Program-made: the position numbers and the translations under genes | Source of the DNA: Azolla caroliniana | Lineage: Eukaryota > Plantae > Polypodiophyta | Assembly: GCA_043228905.1 (NCBI GenBank) | Contig: JBHGNT010000002.1 | Span: forward strand, 20,956,001 to 21,020,000 | Length of the DNA: 64,000 nt | Direction: 5' to 3' | The notes under the pieces: model-generated | The model's database searches: none | Told to the model about the DNA's origin: nothing | What the model saw: only the letters and a program-made list of their open reading frames with translations | In this document: piece after piece, positions 53,279 to 64,000 of the stretch | Layout of the letters: every line of letters begins with the position of its first letter | How positions within the stretch are numbered: the stretch's first letter is position 1

Positions 53279-54216
53279 TCCTGAGCACATAGCGTATGAT
53301 ATTTAATTTCTCAACGTGGTACTTAGCACATAGCATATGATATGTGTGCAAACACGGTGTAATCATAACATCCATAGCTTCAAGCTTGAAACCATATACA
53401 TGTTACAACACTCTCAAATGAACACATTTGAAAAACAAGACGACAAACATACTCAACAATAACATGTTGAGGAAGATAACATATAAATAACATCATATCA
53501 TCATAACGCTCCCTTACCATATGTTGTGAAAACGTATGTGTGGAAGCGTAAGACAACAGCTTGGTTGCGTAGCAGCAGAGCAAAAGAGAGAGAGAGAATA
53601 ATACACAGAATACAGAGAGTACTCGGGAGAGATAGAGAGAGCAGAACAATAATCTAAATTCAAAAATTATATCAACACTCTGTACATGAAACGTGTGCAA
53701 CAACACTATTTATACAAGTCCCGAGAGGACTGACAGAAGTACCGCGTACTTCAATGCTCACTCGAGCGTCTGGCACTGACTACGAGACTATTAATTCCCT
53801 AATAGTCTAGCTACTGCTAAGCTTCCGGTTATTGATGGATCTGGCTAACCGGCTCACCGGCTCACTTGCTCACCAGGTCACCGATCCGGTTCATCCTTCC
53901 GGATCCCAATCCGGCTTAGGTTTATTCAGCCCATCCGGATCTGGTTGAGCTTGGCGCTCAACACTCCCCCTCAAGCTCAACTTGAGGTCGGATCGTAGTG
54001 TTAGTCTCCATGGTAGCTGGTCCTTCTACCTGGCTCCTTCTGGCGTCACTCCGCCTCGCTCGCGCTCCGTGTCCGGTCCAGTCCCGTTTACCGCGACCCT
54101 TCTGTTCCTGCGCACCTCGACCTCCTTGGTCGGCTTGTCTGCTCAACATGCCCAATTCAGCTCCCTTGCTGTTGTGACTTCGGCTCTTGCCGATTCGCCG
54201 ATTCCTTCGTGTTGAC

Positions 54217-54944
54217 CATAGTTGTTTACGTACCCGTATTTAACGTTTAAATACGTATAGTACCTCATCATTTGTATAGTACGTACTATACCTCAATGTT
54301 GTTCAATCAAATATCATGTACATTTGTCCAAAACGGTATTTAACGTATTTATAAAAAAACAGGTATAATACGTATTTATAAAGAAAATGTAAGTAAAACC
54401 CTAACAAAAAGCAAAAGAAAAAAAAGATTTTAGTGAAAAAGAAGCCAAAGGAAGAAAGGAAGAAGAATAGAAGAGACGACGATGAAGAAGATGAAGAAGA
54501 AGAAGAGAGAAAATAGGACATAAACCTGTCCTGAGTGTGATAATTGCAAAAGATAGAAGAAGAAGAAGAAAACAAAGAAAAGAGAAACCTATCATTGATT
54601 TATAGAATAAGGGAATGTCAACATCCATATTACTACAGGTATTTTTGGATGTGAAATGTTCAAATGTCTTATATGCATTTTAGGATGTAGAACTATATTG
54701 TACATCACAAAATTGTGTAAACATAGATGTTTTCTACAATATTATAGATAGTTTTTAGAAAGGTAAATAATTTTCAAATTCTAGAAGTATTTAACTTACT
54801 ATACATAAAATACATATTTTATAAGTAGTTAACATATTAAGAAAACGTATTTAACGTATTTTTAAATTGGGAGGTACTATACGGGTATTAATACGTTAAA
54901 TACGTATGGTATTCGTACCGTACCTACCGTACCTAATAACCTTG
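54217..54944. mobile_element. hAT-like non-autonomous DNA transposon (MITE)
   Basis: Imperfect TIRs CATAGTTGTT and AATAACCTTG, with inverted subterminal CGTA/TACG clusters and an AT-rich core. Reconstructed 8-bp TSD GTGTTGAC/GTATTGGC (6 of 8). Confidence 0.65.
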
Positions 54945-55423
54945 GTATTTGACAAGAACTCGACGCTCCTTATGTCCGACGCTCGGCCACAACCGAGATT
55001 CTTTTCATACACAGAAAAACAGGTAATGAAACGCGACACAAAGGAGAGAAATGGTACACAGGAGGTTTACGTGGAAAACCCCAAAATAGGGGAAAAACCA
55101 CAGCAGCCCACAGGCTGCAAACTGTCACTATGTAGGAATATACAACAGTGAGTTCACTGAGGCAACGACCTCGTGCTCTCAGATCTTCGCCACAGGCGGC
55201 GGTTACAACAGAGGCAACGACCTCGTCTCTCTCTCTCTCTCTCTGTACAGTTACGCGCTCTCTCTTCTTCTTGCACCAACAAGGAAGAATAACAACAACA
55301 AAAAAAACGACACACACTAAAAGTTTGCCCTAAGTCATATTTATACTAATATGACTTTTTGGCTATTTACAAATGTAGCCTCGATGGGCTCTCAGAAACA
55401 TATTTACGAATATGTCTCTTCCT

Positions 55424-55545
55424 CCGGTTCATACCGGGCCTGCACCATCCGGCTCTCCGAAGTCGGGTACTCCCCATCCGGTTCATACCGGGCTTACACC
55501 ATCCGGCTCTCCGAAGCCGAGTACTCCCCATCCGGTTCATACCGA
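55424..55545. repeat. 54-bp tandem repeat within the copia LTR (also at ~60123-60245)
   Basis: CCGGTTCATACC recurs at 55424, 55478 and 55532. Confidence 0.9.
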
Positions 55546-55628
55546 TTCGGCCGAGGCCGAGTTTGTTCGTCGGCACTGTTCTTCTCCCTTCCCATCCGGA
55601 GGGACCTGTCTCCCAACAAACTCCCCCT

Positions 55629-58600
55629 TCACTCCGGCATGGGGTGTCTTTCCAGCCCAATCCTCTTCCGGCATGCGTCCAGCTTGTCAGGTGTCAGCAC
55701 TTTGGTCAGCATATCTGACCCGTTCTCGGCTGTGTGGATCTTCGTCAGTGCGAACTCCTGGTCATCTACCCTTTCCCGGATCCAGTGATACCTCCGCTGG
55801 ATATGCTTCGTCCGGGAATGGTAGGCCGCATTCTTAGCAAGGTGGATGGCACTTTGACTGTCGCAGTAGAGTCGGTATTCCTCTTGCCGGATACCGAGCT
55901 CTCCGATGAAGTCCTTCATCCATAATATTTCCTTGCCGGCTTCTACAGCCGCCATGTACTCCGCCTCTGTGGTTGACAATGCAACCGTCTTCTGCAGCCT
56001 CGACTGCCACGAAACAGCTCCCCCTGCATATGTCATCACATACCCGGATGTAGACTGGCTGGTATCCACATCAGCCGACATGTCCGAATTGGTGAAACCG
56101 TCCAGTTGAGGTTTCCCGGAGCCAAATCAGAGACACATATTTGAAGTGCCCTTCAAATACCGGAGTATCCATTTGACCGCGTTCCAATGCTCCTTGCCGG
56201 GATTACTCATGAACCGGCTCACCACTCCGACTGCGTATCCAATGTCCGGTCGGGTACAAACCATTGCATACATCAAGCTCCCGACGGCAGAGGCATATGG
56301 AATCTTCATCATATCTGCCTTCTCTCCTTTTATCTTCGGGCTTTGCTTGCCGGACAACTTGCAGTTTGCCGGAAGTGTCGATCCGACCGGTTTTGCATCT
56401 GACATGTTGAACCGGTGAAGTACCTTTGTCACATACTTCTCCTGTGACAGCCATAATTGCTTCACTGACCGGTCCCGAATGATGTGCATCCCCAACATCT
56501 GTCTTGCCGGACCCAAGTCTTTCATTGAGAAGGTCCGGTTGAGAGCCTTCTTCAGCATCCGTATTTCGCCTTGGTCTCGTCCGACGATCAACATGTCATC
56601 CACGTACAAGAGAAGTATCAGGAAGTCCCCTTCTTCGAACTTCTTCACGAACACGCAGTGATCGGCCTACGTCTTATGGTACCCTTGATCGGTCATGAAG
56701 GAGTCGAACTTCCGGTACCATTGCCGGGGAGCCGGCTTCAGTCCGTACAGGCTCTTCTTCAACCGGCATACCAGGTGCTCCTTCCCTTTCTCCACAAATC
56801 CTTCCGGTTGCTGCATGTAGATTTCCTCTTCGAGGTCGCCGTGAAGGAATGCCGTCTTCACGTCCAGCTGCTCTACCTCGAGATCCATGCTTGCTGCTAT
56901 ACTCAGCACCGTCCGGATGGAGGTCATCTTCACTACCGGGGCGAATATTTCGTCGAAGTCCACGCCCTTCTTCTGCTGGAACCCCTTCACCACGATCCTG
57001 GCTTTGTATCTCGGGGGGTTGCCGGCATCTCCCGGTTTCAACTTGAACACCCACTTGTTTCGGAGTGCCCGCTTTCCTTTCGGCAGCTCCACCAATTCGT
57101 ACGTATGGTTCTCATGCAGGGAATCCATCTCATCCTGCATGGCACTTAACCATTTTCGGCTGTGGGTGTCTTCCTTCGCTTCTTCGAAGCTTTCTGGCTC
57201 CCCCTCATCGGTCAGCAGGACATGCTCTGCATCCGGAAATCTCCGGGGCGCCCTTCTCTCTCTAAGAGGATATCTACGTCTTCGGGCTTTGGTAACCGGT
57301 TCCTCCATTTGCTCTTCATCCGAATCCGATTCGGGGTCTTGACCGGTTCCGGTCTCAGCTTCCTCTACTTCTTCTTCTGCCAGTTCGGTATCCTCACCGT
57401 AACCGGCTGGTTCCTCGAGTGCTAACCGGTCTCTTGCCGGTTGGGTCTGCTCATTGTAGAGTCTATCCTTACCGGTCGACTCGGAGTTCATTATCTTCTT
57501 CTCCGACTCCCAGTCGGCGAGCGTCTTGTCCTCCATGAAGATAATATCTCGACTCCGGAATACCTTCTTGTCGACCGGGTCCCACACTCGGTAGCCGAAC
57601 TCATCGTCACCGTAACCGAGGAATATGCATGGCCGAGTCTTTGGATCTAACTTTCCTCTCCGGTCCTTTGCTACATGCATGTACGCGAGACACCCGAACA
57701 CCCTCAGATGCCGGTAGGACACTTCCTTACCGGTCCATACTCTCTGTGGCGTGTCTCCGTCCAAGGGTACTGAGGGTGATCTGTTTATCACATATGTCGC
57801 CGTCGACAGTGCCTCAGCCCAAAACTTCTTGGGTAGTTTTGCATGCGCTAGCATACTCCAGACCCTCTCCATTATGGTCCGGTTCATCCTCTCGGCCAGT
57901 CCGTTTAGTTCCGGCGTCTTCGGCACGGTAAATTCGAGCCGGATTCCCTTCGAGCGGCAGTACTCCTCGAACTGCCCCCGGTACTCTCCTCCGTTATCTG
58001 CTCGAACCGCCTTCAGCTTCCGGCCGGTTTCTCTTTCCACTCTTGCGTGGAGCTCTTTGAAGACTGATAACACCTGATCCTTCGTCTTCAGCAGTGTGGC
58101 CCACAGCTTCCGGCTGTGGTCATCTATGAACGTCACGAAGTACTGCGCTCCAGCATGTGACTTCGTGTCTACTTGACAAACATCCGTATGCACCAACTCT
58201 AGTGGTGCATTACGTCTCATCGGTGGCCTTGGTCGGAAGGAGGTCCGGTTCTGCTTACCGGCCAGACAATCAGTGCACTTCTCTAAGTGCACGTTCTTCA
58301 CTGGAATGAGGTTGTCGTCTCCAAGCCTCTTCATCCCCTTCTCACTCATGTGACATAGCCTCTTGTGCCACAGCTCACCGGCAGTGTCGGAAGCCACGTT
58401 CACTTCTTCCGGACATAACCGGGCATTCATCAGGTACAGTGTGTTTACCTTCCGGGCCCAAGCCACAATCAGGCTCCCTTTGCTGAACTTCATGACACCA
58501 TTCCGGATGCTACCCGTGTAGCCTTCATCATCTACCCGACCGGCTGATATCAGGTTCATACGAACTTCCGGAACGTGTCGGACATCCTTCAACAGCAACT

Positions 58601-59621
58601 TGCATCCGGTTGGTGTTCTCAGCCACACGTCTCCTATGCCGACAATTCGGCATGTTCCTTCATTCCCCATCCGGACACAGCCTAGATCACCGGCTGAGTA
58701 GGACGAGAAGCATTTCCGGTCCGGGGTAAGGTGGAACGACGCTCCGGAGTCTACCACCCAGGTCATCTCGTCGCCGGCATGGTTTATCTCACTCTCCTCG
58801 GTGATGAGCATCAACTCCTCTTCACTTGCCGCAATTGCCGTCGTTCCCTTCCGGTCCGGCCCCCTCCGGTCTTTACGGAAATGCCGACAGTTCTTTTGGA
58901 AGTGTCCCGGCTTGCCGCAATAGAAGCAAGTAGGCCTCCCCCTTGACTTTGACCGTGTCCCCGACTTCTCCAGGTTCTGGGGACTATGGTTTCTATGTCT
59001 TCCGCGTTCCGATTCGGTAAGGAGCGCTTTGGAGTCGGAGCTCGTATCTTTGTCTTTCCGACGAGCCTCCTCATCTAGCAAGCTCGACTTTACTCTTGCT
59101 AGGGATAACCGTTTTCCATCCGGCCCGGCATTGCCCAAAGTGACAACCAACGTCTCCCAGCTATCCGGGAGGGAACCGAGCAGGAGTAGCGCTAGGACCT
59201 CATCGGCAAGAGGTACTTCCAATGACGTTGCCTGGTGGATCAGCCCCGGGAAGGCATTCATATGCTCCGCCATGCTGGAGCCATCTTGGTACCGGAGTCT
59301 TACTAGCTTCCGGAATACCGACACCTGATTGACAACATTTTTGTTCTCGAACATTATGCCGATCTTCTCCCAGAGCTCATGAGGCTTGCTCTCTTCATTG
59401 AAGTTGTTGTACAGGCTCATGTCGATGAAGCACCGTATGTACGCCGTTGTCTTCATGTGCATCACCTCCCATATCGCGGCGTCGATTTTGTCCGGTCTCT
59501 TGTCCCCGAACTGAACCGGCAGCCAGAGGTCTTTAACCACGAGCATGTCCCTCATCTTCGACTTCCACACTGAATAGTTGGAGCCGGTGAGCTTGAACAT
59601 GCCGCCAAACGATTCGTCCAT
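55629..59621 (-). pseudogene. Copia gag-pol polyprotein, intact apart from two premature stops
   Basis: One frame runs from MDESFGG through CFYCGKPGH, VVDSGAS, LWHKRLCH, RADNGGE, YVDD and DMLTK. Stops at 56667 (TAG) and 56127 (TGA) fit CAG>TAG and CGA>TGA changes. Confidence 0.95.
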
Positions 59622-62600
59622 TTTCTGTGTCAATTTCGCTCTGATACCACTTGACAAGAACTCGACGCTCCTTATGTCCGACGCTTGGCCACAACCGAGA
59701 TTCTTTTCATACACAGAAAAACAGGTAATGAAACGCGACACAAAGGAGAGAAATGGTACACAGGAGGTTTACGTGGAAAACCCCAAAATAGGGGAAAAAC
59801 CATAGCAGCCCACAGGCTGCAAACTGTCACTATGTAGGAATATACAACAGTGAGTTCACTGAGGCAACGACCTCGTGCTCTCAGATCTTCGCCACAAGCG
59901 GCGGTTACAACAGAGGCAACAACCTCGTCTCTCTCTCTCTCTCTGTACAGTTACGCGCTCTCTCTTCTTCTTGCACCAACAAGGAAGAATAACAACAACA
60001 AAAAAACGACACACACTAAAAGTTTGCCCTAAGTCATATTTATACTAATATGACTTTTCGGCTATGTACAAATGTAGCCTCGATGAGCTCTCAGAAACAT
60101 ATTTACGAATATGTCTCTTCCTCCGGTTCATACCGGGCCTGCACCATCCGGCTCTCCGAAGTCGAGTACTCCCCATCTGGTTCATACCGGGCCTACACCA
60201 TCCGGCTCTCCGAAGTCGGGTACTCCCCATCCGGTTCATACCGATTCGGCCGAGGCCTGTCGGCCTCGGCCGAGTTTGTTCGTCGGCACTGTTCTTCTCC
60301 CTTCCCATCCGGAGGGACCTGTCTCCCAACAGTATTGGCGTTGACTTTCGTTGCCTTCTCGTCCTCCTGGCCTTGAATTGATCTGGTTCTTCCGAATCCT
60401 TCTGTAGAACCGAATGGCTTGTCTCCGATTCGTTCCAGCTCTTGTCCAAATCGGCCACTCCCTATTTGTCTTCTGGTTCCAGGCCCTTCACCACACCGAA
60501 CCATGTCTGGGTCTTGGCCTTCTTCTTCCAGTCTGCTCTGTCCTTCTTGATTCTACCTCCGCTGCCGCTTGTTCTGACTTGTTCGGATGTGTCAACTTCC
60601 TTTGTCGACTTGGCTCCTTTCTTCTTCTTGTCTCCCCCTTTGTCGGTTCTTCCCTCACCGGCGCAATCGGCAGTCTCTTTGCCTTTGCCTGTTCCGACGT
60701 CTTTGCCCGTTCTCCCCCTCAAGTGTGGCACGTCGAGATGCTGAACACAAAGCATTTTGGTGAAGTGCTGCAACTTGTCTGATCCGAGCAGTTTGGTGAA
60801 GATGTCGGCAACTTGCCGATCCGTATGAACATAATGATGTTCGACTTCACCGCCCAGGACACGCTCACTCAGGAAGTGATAGTGCACTTCTACTTGCTTT
60901 GTGCGAGCATGGAATACGAGGTTCTTGGCGAGCTGCATGCTGCTCATATTGTCACAGTAGCTCAGGATCGGGGTCGGTACCTCGATCCGTAGGTCTTGCA
61001 GCAGTCGCCGAAGCCAAATGGCTTCACAGGTGGCGACGGTAGCGGCCCGATACTCAGCCTTAGTGCTCGATAGAGCCACTGTTGGCTGCTTTTTGCTGCT
61101 CCACGCAACAATCGCGCTACCTAGGGAAAACATGTAACCGGAAGTTGATCGGCGATCTTATGCATCGCCAGCCCAGTCGGCATCCGTGTAACCGACTAGC
61201 TCTTCGGATATACCTCGCCGGTATAACAGTCCCCGGTCCTTCGTGCCGCTCACATACCGCAATATTCGGTGCGTGCACTGAAGATGCTCGACGGTTGGCT
61301 TCTGCATGAATTGGCTAATCACCGATCGGATAGTTGATGTCGGGCCGGGTGATGGTCAAATATAGAAGGCTTCCGACAATTTGTCCCAACTCCCGATGTC
61401 ATGCCGAACTTGTACAACATATTCAACACATAGTGTCTTTGTGAGAGAAATATGTTGTCGGGGGTTAGGATCACCTCGATCCCAAGGAAATAGTGAAGGT
61501 TCCCCGGGTCCTTCATCTCAAATGCGTCCGAGAGCTGGGACTTGACTCGACTAATTTCATCGAGTCCGGGTCCGGTGATGACTAGATCATCAACATACAA
61601 CAAGAGGCAAACCAGACTGTCCAGACCTTGTCGGATGAACAACGAAGAGTCGGACTTGGAGGCCACAAACCCCATCTTACGCAACCGGTGCGTAATCTTC
61701 GCATTCCAAGCTCGGGGGGCTTGCTTCAGGCCATAAAGTGACTTCTTCAGTCAGCATACCGCCGACTTGTTCATCTCCGACTGAAAACTGGGGGGTTCGG
61801 TCATAAAGACCTCTTCTTCAAGATCGCCTTGAAGAAATGCATTCTTCACCTCCATTTGGTGAAGATGCCACCCCCTTGCCGCGGCAACCGCTAGCACCAC
61901 ACGAACCGTCGTCATCTTCGCTACCGGAGTGAAGGTCTCGTCGTAGTCGATTCCGTGGGTCTACGCGTATCCCTTTGCCACTAGCCAAGACTTGTACCGG
62001 TTAACCGAACCGTCGTCATTGTACTTTATCTTGTACACCCACTTACATCCGATTGGTTTACAGCGTCGGGGAGGGTCAACTAGGTCCCATGTGTCGTTGG
62101 CATCAAGTGCCCGCATTTCTTCCTCCATAGAGGCATGCCAATTTGCGTCCTTTGCCGCTTTTGCATAGCTCTCTGGCTCATGCACTTCCGCCACCTTGGT
62201 CATGTATGCATAGTGATGCCCCATGTACTCATTGTACCCATACCGTGTCACGGGGTTCTTCTAGTGGGAAGAATGACGTAACTTGATATTACTCGGTTTG
62301 GGGCCCTTCTTGGCAAGGTCGGACCTCGTTCCCGAAGATCCACCTTCATCTTTTCCGGAGTCAGATTCGCACCGATCCAACTCAGTGTTGCCGGTTTCAT
62401 ATTCCGGCATCTTCTTCTTTCCCTTCTCCTTGCGCGTAAACTGTCTCCTCGGTTCCTTGCGTGGGGAGAGCACGACAGAGTCTACACTACTCGCCGGTTC
62501 CTCATCCGACTGGTCATCTCAACTCAGCCGCTCATTTGGTCCACTTAAAACACGTTCGCGTTCACAAGTGGAAGGATCGCGCATAAATGGAAGGATAAGG

Positions 62601-62906
62601 GAAATTTTAGGGGTTTTTCAATGATTTTACAAAACACATTGATACCAGTATCATACAAGTTCAAACATACTATGAAAAAGGTTAAAAATCCACTATTTTC
62701 GTGATTTAGAAGTAACTAAAAAAAGACGAATTTCAAAAACATACATTCTCAATTTATATCACAAACTTTACAACCAATGTTATTTTATAAGAAACGATTT
62801 TTGGGAAATCATAAGAATTCAAAACACATGATTTTATATTACTCGATTTGTTACAAGCGGAATGTAGTTACACTTAATAGCCAAATATACATTCATGATC
62901 ACTCCT

Positions 62907-64000
62907 TTACGGAGAATCACTACTATAACTAATATACAATGACGATTCCTCCTCATCATCCTCGGATGTACCAATCAGTGCATTATCTTCGTCATAAACC
63001 AAATGGTTTGACTCTAGATTATATGTAGCAGATCTCGTTTGCCTTTGACTCGAGCCACCTTGTAGACCTGGTAATTTTTCTTTTATTATATCTATTGTTG
63101 ACTTCCTTAATCGTCCGGCTTTTGTAAGTGTGAAGTCGTACACGATGATATCCACATCAGAGATATCAAGGGTCGAGGTGTTACGAATGTTTCGCTTCCT
63201 CTTCCTACCTCCCCTTCTTGTTTGGCATTCAATCATCTCCAATGTATACTTACCTGTAAAAGCATTTGCACTTCTAGTGTTGTACCAATGAACATTTATA
63301 GACTTGATCGTGTTATCTATTTCATACATTAGCACTTCTAGAATTTTACCAATCCAAAATTGGTGGCCATGTGAGTTCTCATCAGCCGGCGTTGCAATCA
63401 ACATCCCCGCGGTGAGCTCTTGCAAATTTCCTTGCCATCTAGCTTCGGCTGCTTTGGTCATCCTTGGTCCCACATAAATGTCTCTTTGTTGTGGATGGAC
63501 CAAGCTGTCATTAATCGCATTTACTAGTCGCTCCGGACTTCTATTTACGCGATCATGTTGCAGCGACCATGTGAATGGCGTTTCCAAATTCCAATTATCA
63601 ACAGATACACAATTGTCTATAATTTCTTTCTGATCACTATAAAATATATCCCACCATGACGTGTCTTGTTGTGCGGCATATTTCTTGGCGGCCTCAATAT
63701 GTTTTCTTTTTTCTTCTAAGGCTTGGAGCCATGACCGTTTTTGTTCTAATACCAAGTCGCTCTGCAACTGTCCTTTCTTCTCAATTGGCATTTGCTTAGC
63801 TCCATGGACAATTGTACTCGGCATACAAAGTAATAACTGGCAACCACCTTCAGGTTCCCATGTTGTAGAAGATGAATATTGTTTAGCATACAAAAGTGTA
63901 GAACCACTTATTCCATTTTTCTTTATCAAAAAAATGTGATTGAAACTTATATTGTTTAACTGAGCAAGCACTTTAACATTCCCACCACCCCCATCTAATA
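62907..64000 (-). CDS. C-terminal part of a second Sola/DUF7869-like transposase (5' part lies beyond the window)
   Basis: Uninterrupted frame aligning with 33380-34500: LNNISFNHI, LY.KQYSSS..WEP, WWD.FY, P.QRDIY.GPR, AEARWQGN, FWI.KI, V.WY, AFTGKY.LEM and VYDF.LT..G.LR. Confidence 0.8.
   Translation of the reverse strand, partial: LDGGGGNVKVLAQLNNISFNHIFLIKKNGISGSTLLYAKQYSSSTTWEPEGGCQLLLCMPSTIVHGAKQMPIEKKGQLQSDLVLEQKRSWLQALEEKRKHIEAAKKYAAQQDTSWWDIFYSDQKEIIDNCVSVDNWNLETPFTWSLQHDRVNRSPERLVNAINDSLVHPQQRDIYVGPRMTKAAEARWQGNLQELTAGMLIATPADENSHGHQFWIGKILEVLMYEIDNTIKSINVHWYNTRSANAFTGKYTLEMIECQTRRGGRKRKRNIRNTSTLDISDVDIIVYDFTLTKAGRLRKSTIDIIKEKLPGLQGGSSQRQTRSATYNLESNHLVYDEDNALIGTSEDDEEESSLYISYSSDSP

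Larger units (their letters stand above)
54950..60331 (-). mobile_element. Young full-length Ty1/copia element (Tnt1/Tork-like); 5' LTR 59652-60331, 3' LTR 54950-55618; TSD GTATT
   Basis: Highly similar LTRs, PBS TGGTATCAGAGC at 59638-59649 on the minus strand, PPT GAAGGGGGAG, and GTATT on both flanks. Confidence 0.97.
53525..62547 (-). mobile_element. 3' half of a Ty1/copia element (family of 7278); 3' LTR ~53525-53963; interrupted by a MITE and another copia
   Basis: PPT and TGTTGAG on the minus strand at 53963. RNase H at 60462-61133 and RT at ~61319-62250. The INT linker is cut at ~62547. Confidence 0.85.

Noticed and set aside
53505-53525. PBS-like TGGTAAGGGAGC next to the minus-strand LTR
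   Set aside because: It is a poor match to the tRNA-iMet PBS, no gag follows, and the LTR has a PPT upstream, so it is a 3' LTR.
55424-55545. Regularly spaced repeats resembling a CRISPR array (also 53016-53278)
   Set aside because: The intervening sequence is repeated too, so there are no unique spacers. No cas genes are present and the context is eukaryotic.
59622-59741. N-terminal extension of the 1024-aa ORF
   Set aside because: It runs through the LTR and PBS. The likely start is MDESFGG at 59621.

Overview
Eukaryotic, probably non-seed-plant, heterochromatin-like DNA with no recognisable host gene. It is almost entirely nested transposable elements: at least seven Ty1/copia elements or fragments, three members of one Ty3/gypsy family (tRNA-Trp PBS, 4-bp TSD, putative -1 frameshift after the protease), a deleted non-autonomous gypsy, a solo LTR, a 5'-truncated L1-type LINE and an hAT-like MITE. 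Most boundaries are fixed by TG..CA ends, PBS/PPT and TSDs. Removing the copia at 18830-29554 (TSD GGTGG) rejoins a decayed, intron-containing minus-strand gene. It encodes a ParB/Srx-like domain followed by the start of a beta-class N4/N6 DNA methyltransferase (YNGD...LP...LLVVDIRYG). This gene lies head-to-head with a Sola/DUF7869-like DDD transposase that ends in a BAH-like domain, and a second, divergent, uninterrupted copy of that transposase runs off the right edge. The best candidate for a new system is therefore a eukaryotic DNA transposon carrying a prokaryote-style ParB-methyltransferase gene. Family assignments rest on motif recognition by eye, not on database searches.
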